A stretch of DNA of 64,000 nt, taken from assembly GCF_006345805.1 (NCBI RefSeq), contig NC_043000.1, positions 54,374,001 through 54,438,000 of the forward strand, read 5' to 3'. Shown in pieces: positions 40,822 through 54,106 of the stretch. This DNA comes from Octopus sinensis. Its lineage: Eukaryota. The first letter of the stretch is position 1; each line of letters begins with the position of its first letter. A program made the translations under genes and the position numbers. Below the pieces are notes generated by a model that searched no databases, was not told the DNA's origin, and saw nothing but the letters and a program-made list of their open reading frames with translations.

Positions 40822-41344
40822 ATATATATAATATATATATATATATATAATCAATATAGGGTGGCAAAAAATTTTGTAGAATTTTTTTGCCACCAGCGGC
40901 CTAGTGGGAAAAAATTAAATAGTCATAGACCATTTTTAAGTTCAACATCACCATCAAGGAACGGCCATAATAGAAATAACAGCCACTAGAAATAACAGCC
41001 AAAAGCTTCAACCGCAAAATAACATCAATTCCGTAAACCAGGAGAAAATTAAAAAACATTTACCCTGTAATTTCTTATACGATGCACCGTTTCATCTACT
41101 GTTTAATGGTAAACTAACCTGATTAAATTAAATCAAGCCAATCTACCATAGGCCCTTAGAATCATCAGTAAGAAATAGCCAAGTCGGAACAGATATTTTT
41201 CACGAGGCATTTCGTCCCTGCCTCGGCAATATCTGACCTAAAATTTTCAAATCATCGCACTCGCGCCAAATTTATCGGCAGCAAATAAATATAAGCCGCC
41301 GATTCCATTACGGAATTAACCAGAAAATTCATAATTAATCAAGC

Positions 41345-41417
<73 letters not shown>

Positions 41418-41687
41418 TATATACATATATATATATGAAATCAGAACTACACCTCCCTTCTGACGCATGCACCCCTGTGAGTGAAACTGGTATGGTTTCA
41501 TGTGTGTGTGTGTGTGTATATGTGTGTGTGCGTGTGTGCGTGTGTTTGTGTTAAAATAAAATGACATTGTTCACCGTTGGATTTAATTTCATCCATGAAC
41601 TGCTTCATCTGTTCACGTGGCGCGAAACAACAGCAGCAGTAGCCATCTTAGCAGGAAGACTAGACGTGTTGACAAGTATAACAACTA

Positions 41688-41711
41688 TTATTATTACTAT
41701 TATTATTATTA

Positions 41712-41781
<70 letters not shown>

Positions 41782-41790
41782 CATTATTAA

Positions 41791-41824
<34 letters not shown>

Positions 41825-41825
41825 T
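41688..41825. repeat. (ATT)n microsatellite
   Basis: Direct observation; source of the poly-Ile ORFs. Confidence 0.98.
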
Positions 41826-41827
41826 TA

Positions 41828-41985
41828 AGGCGTCGAGGTGGCAGGGTCGCTATCACGCTGGACGAAATGCTTAGCGGTATTTTGCCCACTGCTACGCTGA
41901 AGACGCTGAAGTACCAGTAAATTTTGGTTTCGATATAATTGACTAGTTCCCTCACCCAAAGTTTCAGGCCCTGTGCCTATAATTC
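41828..41985 (+). mobile_element. SINE family A, internally deleted
   Basis: Head ggcgtcgaggtggcagg...gaaatgcttagcggtatt joined to tail ccaaagtttcaggccctgtgcctata. Confidence 0.7.
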
Positions 41986-42144
41986 ATTCATTTATTCGGT
42001 TCTCATTCTGTTTGTGGGACTTGAGGCGACAACACTGACAACTTATAACACTGAAAGCGTCCTTGACAGCTTGTTCCATTGTTAACCCTCTGCTTTTAAG
42101 ATCTTTTGTTATTGTTTTCCGGCATGGTTTCTTTGGTCGGCTAT

Positions 42145-42292
42145 GTCTTCCAAACAATCTTTAATCGCCCAGAGCCCATAATCTCTACCGAAATAAAAGA
42201 AGCGGATAAGGACTTGAAAATCAACACTGGAGAGATTACGTTAAATGAAGTTGTAAAAGTTATCCGTGAACTGAAAAATGGAAAGTCATCGG
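42145..42292 (+). mobile_element. RTE-type LINE fragment (linker before RT)
   Basis: FQTIFNRPEP...EADKDLKINTGEITLNEVVKVIRELKNGKSSG is the typical pre-RT LKNGKAPG segment. Confidence 0.75.
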
Positions 42293-42675
42293 GATTTACG
42301 TTTGGAGTTCAAATTCTGCCGACATCGACTTTGCTTTTCACCCTTTTGGTGTCGATTGAATAAGTTATGCACTGGGGTCGATGTAATCGACTTAATCCTT
42401 TCTCCCAAATTTAAGGCCTTATGCTTCCAGTAGAAAGGTTCATCCTCCCCCATTATTATATAATGCCGCCAGCTGTAAGAATACTAAGCATTTCGGCCTA
42501 AATTCTTAGTGACGTTTCATTCAGCTCTACGTTCTGATTACGCATAACGTCGAGTTTGACGTGCATCTCATCCTTTTGGGATCGATGCTAAGCCCTATTG
42601 TCATTGTAATCGAGTAGCCCGACCCCAACAATAAAAGAAAAATTTCAGGCCTTGTGCAGATAGTAGCAAGGACTA
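42293..42675 (+). mobile_element. Two adjacent SINE family A fragments
   Basis: 42293-42440 (body and tail) and 42465-42675 (more diverged). Confidence 0.7.
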
Positions 42676-42978
42676 TTTCATGAATATTTCTCACAATGAT
42701 ATCAACGATTATTGTAAGCTCCGTTTAGAAATAGCTATTATATAATTTGAAACTAGATAAACTCGTTGTAATATTTTTTAAGAATAAAATCTCCTGAAAA
42801 TGTTTGTATTGTAATTTCTATTCAAATTTGGCTTTTAAAATAGCATTTTTAAAACCAATCTAAGCAGATGCTTTTGTACAATTTGCAAGTTGACAGACAT
42901 AAGTGCATTTATGAAATGTATATAATATATCTTCATAATTTGTTTATATTACGCTATTAGGATATGTAATTCACTTAG

Positions 42979-43248
42979 GTAATGTTGATCGAGATTTAAA
43001 TGACGTAATGAAATGCATTGAAGCCACATATCTGTGGACATACGTCTGCTTTAGCCAATACTTTCTTCCAAAGATGATGGAAGCTGATTTGAAGACATTT
43101 CGAATTTATTTCTTGTACGAAGTGAAACCATACGGTAGCAATCTCATTGGTTCATCTTAACTGTTCAAAATAAATGCAATAAGTTTTGCATCCATCTTAA
43201 TTTTTTTCTTTTTCAGATAAAATTTCTATCAACATTTACAAATTATAA
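42979..43248 (+). other. Candidate penultimate and terminal exons (42979-43134, 43217-43248)
   Basis: A 156-nt phase 1-1 open exon, an 82-nt intron with a strong polypyrimidine acceptor, then DKISINIYKL*. The donor gtagca is weak and the product is not recognised. Confidence 0.25.
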
Positions 43249-44663
43249 AACTTTGAGAATATATAAATTAAAGTTAAAATATATTCATATATGAAACCCA
43301 TGATTTCAATGCGACACACATTTTTAAATGTATCTTTAAAATAAGGATATTGACGAACAAATGGCGGTATCGCCAAGTATTTGAATCATATATGAGAAAG
43401 ATATAATTGTTAATACATGTGTTAGTGTTAGATTTATGCTATTGTTTGCTTGCTTCTATTTCACAAATATAAATTATTAATGGGTATTATATATCTTCCA
43501 TTTTTTCTCGTGTGTGTTATTGTATCAGAAGCAGATGTTTAATATCGAATAAATTCATTGCAAATGGTTCCCAAAAGAGAAAACAATAAAGTCAGTAATA
43601 GTTTTTGTACTGTCTTTTAATTATAAAGAAAAATGAAAACATATGAAAGGAGAGACATAGAACGTCATTGATATAGATTTGCAAAAGTTTCTTTGATAAA
43701 GAAAATGTTAGTCCTCTAGGGAAAATCTTTTCGAAAAATAGAAATATATCTCTCGATCTTGTAATATACATGTTACACATACGTTAAGTGACTATTGATT
43801 TTCTTATTAATTATAATCCCACGTGTTATACCACCTATTATACAGTATCATAGATTATGAGAAGGAAAACTGAATTACTTTTTGGGAACTAGCTAAATTA
43901 ATTTGTTTTAGTTGTACTCGTCTTGTTATGGTACTATGCAGATGTGTCTGTGGAATATATAAATATCAGGAAGCATATAGCCAAATTGCATTCAGGTTAT
44001 AACATACAGTCAATTTTAACCAGGTTTATATTACGATAGAAATTAGCTTTCAGTATTTCTACCACTCTGATTCTCACAGCAATTTCCAATGAAGAATTCA
44101 CTGTGTGTAAATTCATATAATGAAATCCACATATAAGCATCTTAAATTATTGGGCTACACCTTCAGGTTTACGAGTTACCATTTTACTTTAAAAGGAAAT
44201 AAAAAGAAAAGCAATAACATTCTTATTGCAAATAGCGTAGATCTTAATGCATTCACGTAGGATTTGCTAGAATAATGAGCTAATATACGTTTTTGGTTAA
44301 TATTTGTAACTGATAGACTACTTCTATCAGTGAATATATAATATATCCAGAAGTTTGAATTGTTACAATAAATAATATCAGTTTCTTGTCAATATTGGCG
44401 AATAATGATGTTTTTCTGAAAATTAATATTACAATCATTCAAACGGATTATCTAACCGGGAAGTTCACACTAAGTAATCTCACCTTTTGTAATTTTATAC
44501 TTAAAAAGTAGTCTGCATGAACGCCATAATTCCGAAGGATCTCATTAGCTGTAGCACATCTATATACAAGTTCAAAAGTTTGATATGCCATGTTTCAAAA
44601 TGCAATCTCAGCCACCATTTTAGCTGTGATATAATTCTTTGTAATGAAAACAACCATAGATTC

Positions 44664-45239
44664 TCATAAATCTTCTTCACCGTCAATATTTAATTGTACT
44701 TGGAAGAAAATTTTTATTCTTCTGAAAACTGAACCTTTTCTTTTCTGTGCTGCCTTTTCGGTCACTTCTCTGTGTTTTTGAGGCATCAGTAAATTAAATG
44801 GGTCACAAATAGCATTTCGGCGAAAATGAAAACGCTTGCATTTGAATACTTCAGGATTTGGAATATTACCCATTGATCGAAACAACAACCAACTTTTTTT
44901 TCGGACAACATCGTTTAATTCTGAAATTTGTTCAATGTCTACAGCTTCATTTCCATCACTGACACAGTCTTTTTCATCTCTGTTTTTTATGTAAAAAATG
45001 CCAAAACGACGCTGCTTCTTTGATGGCTTATTTTTATAATCAATATTATCCAATGTATTTGTATTAATTTCTAATGTACTGGTGTCTGAAATACGCAAAT
45101 TCTCATTCGAAGAAGTTTGGTTTTTATCCATATTCGTAGAATAGTTCCATTCATCTTCATCAATATCACATAGCTTTAGAATTTCTGGTTCTGAATTTGT
45201 ACCTTCATCTGTCTTAACGATTTCTTGTATCCTATCCAT
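44664..45239 (-). CDS. Uncharacterised 191-aa charged, probably disordered protein with a PKI-like pseudosubstrate motif
   Basis: Longest non-repeat ORF; ATG in TCAACATGG context; acceptor ttaattcag at 45331; GTGAGT (45853) and GTAAGT (45785) donors upstream. The frame is open back to the acceptor, so an N-terminal extension is possible. Confidence 0.65.
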   Translation of the reverse strand: MDRIQEIVKTDEGTNSEPEILKLCDIDEDEWNYSTNMDKNQTSSNENLRISDTSTLEINTNTLDNIDYKNKPSKKQRRFGIFYIKNRDEKDCVSDGNEAVDIEQISELNDVVRKKSWLLFRSMGNIPNPEVFKCKRFHFRRNAICDPFNLLMPQKHREVTEKAAQKRKGSVFRRIKIFFQVQLNIDGEEDL

Positions 45240-47299
45240 GTTGAACAATTCAGTTAGAAAATAATGTTTGATCTTCACTAAATAAATTTGCTTGGTAGTG
45301 TTCAACCATGTGTAATTGATTTGGTTCTCCCTGAATTAATTTGCATTGAAGAAATGAAAATATTTGCAATTAATCAGGCATATTTTCAGTTTTTGTTTTC
45401 TGAGAACACACGTAATCAAATATTTTTTCCTTTCTTTTTAAATGAACACACCGTACACTAACGACATTTTGTTGTTAGTCACTTGATACTATTAATATTT
45501 ATGAATGGCATTAAAATAACATCCCTTTTATTAATGCCTGATGATGCCGATATTTTGATCGTGATTATCTGAAAAAGAAGAAGGGAAATAGTAAACTCCG
45601 AACAAAAGAGTAACGAGAACACTAGGAAAGCGTTATTTCTGAAGCATATATATATATGTATATATATACACGCATACAGATTTATAAACACAGATACACA
45701 TATGTATGTATATGGTTAACATAGAAATATTGTTAATTCGAAGCCGTTTGTAGCCTTAATCTATTGAAGAACTTGCAGTACTTACTATTTGAGTCAGTCG
45801 ATATTTTAAATTTTAACCGTTTGGAAAGCCTAACACGAATATTACTAACTCACTCGCATTCTAATCGAATTCTATTCTTTCCCAGATATACATTTGTAAT
45901 TTAAACTAGATACATTCATTTAAATACATTAGATAATTGTGAATATTTTCTATATTTATATGAATACCATCAGTCAGTATTACCTTAAGCTCTCGAAGAT
46001 TCGTGCTGTGATTCTTTGTAATATATTACAGTATTCACTTTATTGCAAACCTAGAAAATGGGTACAATTTATACATTCTTATATTCTGTCTCTTTCACAA
46101 CGATAAAAGATAAAGTCGGCTCAGCAGTATCAGAAAATATAGCGGTGTAAGAAGTAACTATTTATTGCAAGACGTTTATCCTGTGTCTTACTGTTTCTTG
46201 AGAAATATTTGCGTATAAAAGAAAAGAAAAATGTAATATATATCACTTAAGTGTTGCTATAATACATTGTTACTTATAAATTATGTAGCATGTAAAGGTG
46301 TTCATATTCGAAGTATCTGAAGAAACCAATATTTCTTCATTTAGATATTTGTCGATAATTTTACTTATCTACTATAGCAGGAATTCATATAAGTCACATG
46401 TATAAAAAATTACCTGTATGGAGGTATTCCTTCGGTAAATCTTTACAGCAACGTTTTTTTCCTCAAGAACATAAATAATAGGTGTATGTGAATATCTTTG
46501 TATACGCATATATATAAATTATATATTTGTATGTTTACGAGTGTCTGATTGAAATCGCATATTTGTGTTATTTTTTCCCATAGATAGAAATCTACTTTTT
46601 GTTTTGAAACCATTGTCAGGTACAGGTGTCTTTTTTGAAAACTTCCTCGCTAATTTAATATCTTATCGGCTATTTAAATGTCACATCCCTTATATGAGAA
46701 GTTTAATGCCACACTATCCCAATAAAGTATGGACTGGTATGCCATTCTGATACACCTATTCACTCTGAACAAATAAAGCCTGTAAGCCGACGTTATATAA
46801 AATACGTACTCTATCAGGTTCCGTCTATTATATGTTCAGTGATATATCTTGCATGGTTGCTTCTGTACGCTAAATGCTTGATTGTTCTTATTTCTAGTAA
46901 AGTATAGTAACAACACTAGTTCCATGTCATTAAAGTATTACCCACAGGTGTCAATAATACTTAGTAACCATTTACCAAATGCAGCTAAAAATATTTCAAG
47001 TTGTCATAATCTTTGGGTTTCTCTATCTCCGTTGATCTCTCATAAAATCATACATAAATAACATTGCTAAAACCAAATCACAAAGAGTAAATTCCTAACG
47101 AAGATAAGAAAATTCTCCTGTGATGACCAGAAAAAAACACAGAATATTATCGCCGCATTTTCTAATACAGCTGCAATAGGCTATGCTTTTTAAACTATTT
47201 AAACGCAAATTTTGTCAACACATTTCGGCGCTCAAATAAAATGCCCCACATTAAACAGATATTTAGAACATAAATATCGTGTCTAATTTAATATTCAAA

Positions 47300-47365
47300 A
47301 TATGAAAGAGTCACTGTTTTTTGAGAACGTCAGCGCTAATCTAGTCGCTTATTGGCTAGTTATAT
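47300..47365 (-). promoter_or_regulatory. Possible promoter (CCAAT box + CRE-like TGACGT) for the minus-strand gene
   Basis: Minus strand reads ctagCCAATaagcgactagattagcgcTGACGTtctc in a repeat-free, locally GC-richer block. Motif match only. Confidence 0.2.
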
Positions 47366-48535
47366 CTCGTGTCTCTTGGACGAGAAGTTTCCTTTCACAC
47401 GGACTGTGTCAGATGCATGGATACGTTATACCTTCTGAGAATTCGACAACATTGTTGATGTAAAATTATTTTTACTAGGGAAGAACAGCTACTCCGGGCA
47501 TTTTCGTGTGTGTGTAGAGAGAGAGAGAGGGGGGGAAGAGAGAGATTTTAATATGCAAGCATACTGTGTTCAATGTTTTCCTGTCTTATCCTTAAATTTG
47601 CACAGTAAAGTACGATTTGTGCAAAATTTACTTGCTATTTCAAGCAGCCAAAACGGAACGTGAACTTTGTTCTTTGTGGAATACGGAGACCTCCACAGAC
47701 TGGAATCAATTATTAGTTTCATATGAAGCCAATTCTCTCTCTCTCTCTCTCTCTCTTTGAGTCACTCACTCACATACTACTACACTCCCTTACTCCCCTC
47801 TCTCTCTTTCTCTCCCTCTAGCTCTCTTACACTTTTCTGTTTTATACCGAAGATTAGTACAAGAAGCAATATTGTTATTATAGGTAGTTGTAATAAATGA
47901 AGAGTGGACAAGTTATACGGAAGTTAAACACATACACATCTGAAGTCATTTATAGTTACATATATACATGCATGTATGTATGTATATATGTATGTATGTG
48001 TGTACGTATGGGTGTGTGTGCATGTATGTATATATACATATGTATATATACATATGTATATATAGAAAGATAGACAGATAGATAGACAGGCAGACATACA
48101 GATAGATTGATAGATAGATAGATAGATAGGTTGAGAGGAAGAAAGATATTCTTACATAAACATCATTATATTAGGGACTAAATGTATAAAAACTGTAAAA
48201 TTCTAATAAATGGCTCCACATATATGGAAAAAAATGAGCATCTTCATAGGTATAAAGCATAATTATTCCATACGTATTTGAAGAGCCAATACAACCCTCA
48301 TCAAAAGAAGCGCCATAATAACATTTGAGAGAAAACCACCACTGTGATCCACGATCGATTTATTTTCAGATATCACATCATACAGTTAAGCAATGTTGAG
48401 ATGTCACTCAACATTCTAAACAGAGTAGCCAAATACCCATCATTTCAAACACTAACCTATTCAGTAATAAAGTACACATTGTATACATTATGTGAAAGCA
48501 ATTCAGGTGGTAAAGGCTACAATGTCGGTCGCTTA

Positions 48536-48757
48536 AGGCAGCGAGCTGGCAGGCACCTTAACGCGCCGGGCGGAATGCTTAACGGTATTTCGTCTGTCGT
48601 TATGTTCTGAGTTCAAATTCCGCCGAGGTCGACTTTGCCTTTCATCCTTTCGGGTCGATAAATAAAAGTACCAGTTTCGCACTGGGGTCGGTGTAATCGA
48701 CTTAATCCCTTTGTTTGTCCTCTCTATGTGTAGCCCCTTGTGGGCAATAAAGAAATA
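48536..48757 (+). mobile_element. SINE family A, full length, with ~17-18-bp target-site duplication
   Basis: TACAATGTCGGTCGCTTA (48518-48535) and TACAATGTTGGTCGTTA (48758-48774) flank the element. Confidence 0.93.
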
Positions 48758-49044
48758 TACAATGTTGGTCGTTATTCTTGATTAGTTCTGATTTAAGTTC
48801 GAATAACAATAGCAGTAGCATATTTGCAACAGCTAAATCTCTGTCATTTCATACATTAGTGTAGTCGTTATTGAAGCACGCATTGTATACATTTTATAAA
48901 AGTATAAAAATAGCAAAAAGGAACAGCGTGCAAATGCATCATTGATTAGTTCTGGTATTCTTGATTAGTTCCGATTAGTTCAAATAACAAGAACAGGACC
49001 ATACGTATATGTATTGAAGAAGGATGTAAGTACTATATTTATTT

Positions 49045-49330
49045 CTTTATTGCTCAAAGAGGGCTAAAAATAGAGGGGACAAACAAGGACAGGCAAAGGA
49101 ATTAAGCCGCTTGCATCGACCCCAGTGCGTAACTGTTACTTATTTAATCGACCCCGAAAGGATGAAAGGCAAAGTCGATCTCGGCTGAATTCAAACGTAA
49201 CGGCAGACGAAATACCTATTTCTTTACTATCCACAAGTTGCTAAACACAGAAGGGACAAACAAGGACAGACAAACGGATTAAGTTGATTATATCGACCCC
49301 AGTGCGTAACTGGTACTTTATTTAATCGAC
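49045..49330 (-). mobile_element. Two tandem SINE family A copies (reverse, 5'-truncated)
   Basis: 49045-49215 and 49218-49330 each begin with the tatttcttta tail and match the body in reverse. Confidence 0.88.
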
Positions 49331-49792
49331 CTTAGAGTGCATCGAAAATGTGATTAATACCAACGCATTAAACAATCGATAACGATTTAGTTATAATATC
49401 AATGATAGACTTTATATCAATTGCAAAATATAAGATAAATCTACCTGATTTCCAGAGGAAACATGCTGACTATGTTGAAAGACAAAAATTTTGTTCAGTA
49501 ACTGCTGCAGCATTACCGTGATACTCGAACTCAATAACATGGCAACAAAATAAGGGGTATGTATTATCCTAAATAAAATTCGTAGAATTAATAAAACAGG
49601 AAGTGTCCTTCATAAGATACAAGAACGAAAGAGCAGTGGCATGCATATAGACTCCCGTGCGTACAATATCCATACATACATCCATGTATATATATGCGCA
49701 CACATGAAATACATCTATATTTATTCACACTAACATAAATATATATGTACATACATGTGTGTTTGTCTATGCACGTTTGTGAGCATAGGTCA

Positions 49793-49825
<33 letters not shown>

Positions 49826-49829
49826 ATAT

Positions 49830-49860
<31 letters not shown>

Positions 49861-52836
49861 ATATAAGCATATATAATTTCAATATATAGATTCTTATTTT
49901 TCAACGTAGAACATTGAAAGAAAGAAAACAAGGTAAAGATATTTTCTCTCTCACTCGTATATATATTTGTATATGTGTGTGTGTATGTTTGGCTGTGTGC
50001 GTTCGTGCGCATGTGTGTGTGTGCATAAGCACCTATATATGTATACGTATATATATATACATGCACAGACAGACAGATGCACACACACACATGTATATAT
50101 AATATATATATATTTGACAGATGCACTTATTGCTCAGAATTCGAATATGATTAAATTGCTTTTGAGTTGACTAAGCTTTGATTTAACATGCGGAAATAAG
50201 TGTTTCTAAATACTATGTTTGTTTTCTGTTTATAATGCAAATCTATTTTATGAAAAATTGAAATTGTATCGTTAAATTAATTAGTTTCTCCATGGATGAT
50301 TTAAACTTACAAAACTTTACGTGACTTCAGTATCTAAATTTAGCTTTGTTGTATCTATTTTTCTGTTTCTCTTTTTTTTTTGTTGAAAGCTATTTAGTCT
50401 AGAATATATAGAATAGCATTATATGTGAAAGTTAACACTGAATATTTCTAATATAACTTACCTTCATATAGATGTATTACTGTTCATTATTCCATTTTTT
50501 GTTGATGTAACACTAAAATATTATTCATATCATCTTCGAATCACATTTATGAATTATTTTCCTGAGCACAAATTTCTTGAAGAAAATTAAAATAATAACG
50601 TCACTACTGTTGATAATTGATGCGAATACATTTGAAATTTTTTCAATTTAACACAGAACAAGCAAATAATATTATTTGACATGTAGTGCACTGTTAGCAC
50701 GAGATCTCATATTTCCTTGAAAGTATCCAAGATTTTAGTACATTTAGGAATTGTATATAATATGATGATCAGCTCTGTAAATTCCTAATTTAAAATTCTT
50801 CTCTTGACAGTTTCAATAGTGTGAACGTGAATACTGTGTTCATCATTGTATGATATTGCAGTATTCCATGTTTATAGGTTCATGAGTCAATTTCGTATTC
50901 TTACTTCATAAAATATAACATGGCAGAGAGTGTGAAATTGTTAATAAATTCTTTTTTATTCGAAATTATTTCCATGTTTTAGTTTGATATTTGAGATTAT
51001 TTCCAAGCTTTATTTCAAAATTTTTTATTTTAATATATCCGAAACGGAATATTTTCAGATTGCTTACTATTTTCAGATTTAAGCTTGATTTATATTTTCT
51101 TACTTATATAGAATTCGTGTTACATATGTTTTATTTTCTAATTAATAATTTTCGTTTCAATTGTGAAGCTTGAATATATCAAAAACTCCGAATGTATCTC
51201 AAATGGCTGGTGTTATTTTTTTTTAGTACAATTTGGGAAAAACAGGCGATCGTCGTTGGTAAATTAATTCATGACAAATAGAAGAAAATACATGTGGTAT
51301 GATGAGATAGAAATGTCAGTCCGTTAATTTTTGGTACTCCAGTACATTGAACAACTCATGGTAATGTATGATACAGAATTTTTAATATTTTGTATCTAAT
51401 TCTTCTTGAGTTCATTCTAAAGTTTCTGACATTTTCGAAAAAGTATATAAAAATGATATTTTGTATTATATTTGAGTAATAATGCTGGTATTCGATGTTA
51501 AGTTTTACATTTCCTTTGTATCCAGACTTGATTAAAAGAATAATGTCAAGGCTACACAATCTAGATTTACGCATTTAGAAGAAATCTTTATAATCCGACC
51601 TAGTCTCGAAATACGGTAATAAGTAATGACATATATTGGCAGATAAAGAAGGAGACAATGAATACATTTTCGGTTTGTATTGTAATCTACGAACATTATG
51701 TTAATAACGACGATCTCTATATACTGGAAAGTAATTTAGCTGAATTAGAGCAGGATTACATAAAACTGATCTGTTTGAACTATAGAGAGACGTATGATAT
51801 AAATACTGCTTTGATTCTCTTGATAAAAATCAATGCATGTATCTGTTTGTTTTTCAAACAATGTATTTGACTGTCGTCTTGTTTGCAGGCCAGTCTGTAT
51901 AAGTGTGGGAAGTAAAATTATGTGCGTGCTTAAAGAAAAGGACAAAAAAAAAACATTCGAATTTATTCCGAACGAAGAACAAAGATGCGCAGATAAATGC
52001 AAGAAAAAAATAAAACAGTGAGAGGTGGGCGTCTTTTTGGTTTGAGAATTCATTCATAAGCCAAGTTTGTTTAAATGCTAAACGTCAATATAATTGCCTT
52101 CTATTTACACAATAAAGAATAGTCCATTATAACTATGAAATGGAACTAATTATTCCATTAGTACAACTTAGATTATTATATTTATACAAAACCTCCTCGA
52201 TCCTATTTTTCCTTTATGTTTCGCATTATTCATAAGATAGATTAGCTCATCCACTTTATTACAACTTTTGTTCTCCATCCAGTCTATTTGTTCTTCTAAA
52301 CCAACTTTACTTTATCTTCTTCGGCTATTGCTAATCTTTTTTAACCGCGTATTGACTTTTCTATACTTGATAAATGTCTCTTCTTTGTACTTTACATACT
52401 ATGAATTGCATGCACATACTTTTGGCTTGGAAAATCATATGTGCAACTGCAAATGAAAAAACAAATCTATGAGGAATAAGATATGTTAAATTCAATTTCC
52501 TATTCTTGTTTCACCTTCATACGCATTTAATAAACCGCGTTATATTGGTGGAACCACTGGAGCATCGGGTAACGACCCTTTATGTTCTAAGTTAATCTTC
52601 ACACCAATCAACTGTGTATTTAACTCCTCACAGGCTGATTCAATAAAGCAGTTAAAAGTTGGAAGCGATTTATATATTTATAATGCATTGCACATGTGGA
52701 TGAATTTATGTTAAAACGGGAAACGACATTTAAAATATGATCATTCAATGTCTCACTATGATCTTTAAGTCAAATTATTACAGGCGTAGATGCTAAAAAC
52801 AAGAGTTTTATATATGTTCGTCTGTTGTGGAATATA

Positions 52837-53530
52837 CACTGAACCGCAAAAGAAACGCGAAACGTGTATAACTGTAAAATATGTTTTAACTTTTATTATG
52901 TCAGAGATAGATTTTGATAAATCTGATAAAGTCAAATTTTAGATTCACTGAGCACAGGTTATCGGTCGTCGTCATGTGTTCCGGTAGTGGGCCTATCCTG
53001 CACATCGAGATTATAGGCCGTGATATGTTCAATACCATGCATGCCCTCCCTGGGTGTTCAAAACGGTCATGCACAGTCGGTACATGGAGCACATAAGGCG
53101 GTTCACAAAGACCATTGGCATCTGTGCTCACACCCTGAGGAAAGCTGCATCCACTTCCATATGAGTTGTCAGGCTTGAGACCACCTGGTTAAGCCGTTTC
53201 TGGATTTCATCCCACAGGTGTTCAATTGGGTCATGATCTGAGGCCTTAGGATCTGGTCAACGTAGCGCTGTGCTGTGATGCCATTCCCTCTGCTTGCACC
53301 AACATTTTGGAACACACGGGCCCAGTTCTCTGATTCAGGCCTAGAGCACAGTAAACTATTATGCTTTGGCCACCACACGCGTCTCTCTCCATGACGCATG
53401 CGTCTCTGTAGTATTCACCCCTTCAACGCCACACCCTCACTCTGCCATCCGAGGTGGAAACGCAGTACGGCTCTCGTCAGAGAAGACTATTAGGACTGAT
53501 GCGCTTAAGAAGCACACTATATTAACGAGC
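52837..53530 (-). mobile_element. Tc1 (DD34E) 3' half with internal deletion
   Basis: DGRVRVWR...GGQSI, QRYVDQILRP fused to a PIEHLWDE-like segment; terminus TA-CACTGAACCGCAAAAGAAACG. Confidence 0.85.
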
Positions 53531-53892
53531 CATTTATTCTCCCACTCGGGATATGGTCTGCATGTTGGTAATAAAAGTATCAAACTGCCAGATCATAGTG
53601 AAAATAAGAAGACATTATTATAACACCCGAAACCAGGTTTCTGCATCATTAGCTATTCAATCTCGCTCATAAAGAATGAAACAATCAGAGCTTTCAGAAG
53701 AAAACCGTTTCCAAATTTGGTAGGTGACGAGACTCAAACCAGAAATACGTTTTGGCAAGGTGAATATTTTAATAATTTTGATTTATACATTGATTATCTG
53801 GGCTGAAATTTTAAATGAAAAATAATGCTTCAATTTTCAGTGTAGCAACTAATAAGTAGAGATCTGGAAAGCACTATTATTTACATTATTTG

Positions 53893-54033
53893 CATTATTT
53901 ACATTTGACGGATATTTGTCCTTATCTCGTTTGTTGTTAACACAACGTTTTGACTGATATACCCCCCAGCCTTCATCAGGTGTCTTGCGGAAATTTTGAA
54001 CCTGGGTTCTCATTCCTAAGGTATTTTTCGATA

Positions 54034-54106
<73 letters not shown>

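Noticed and set aside
41095-41172. Minus-strand CTGATGA...GAAAC hammerhead candidate
   Set aside because: No closing pair for stem II, G at the cleavage position and no stem I.
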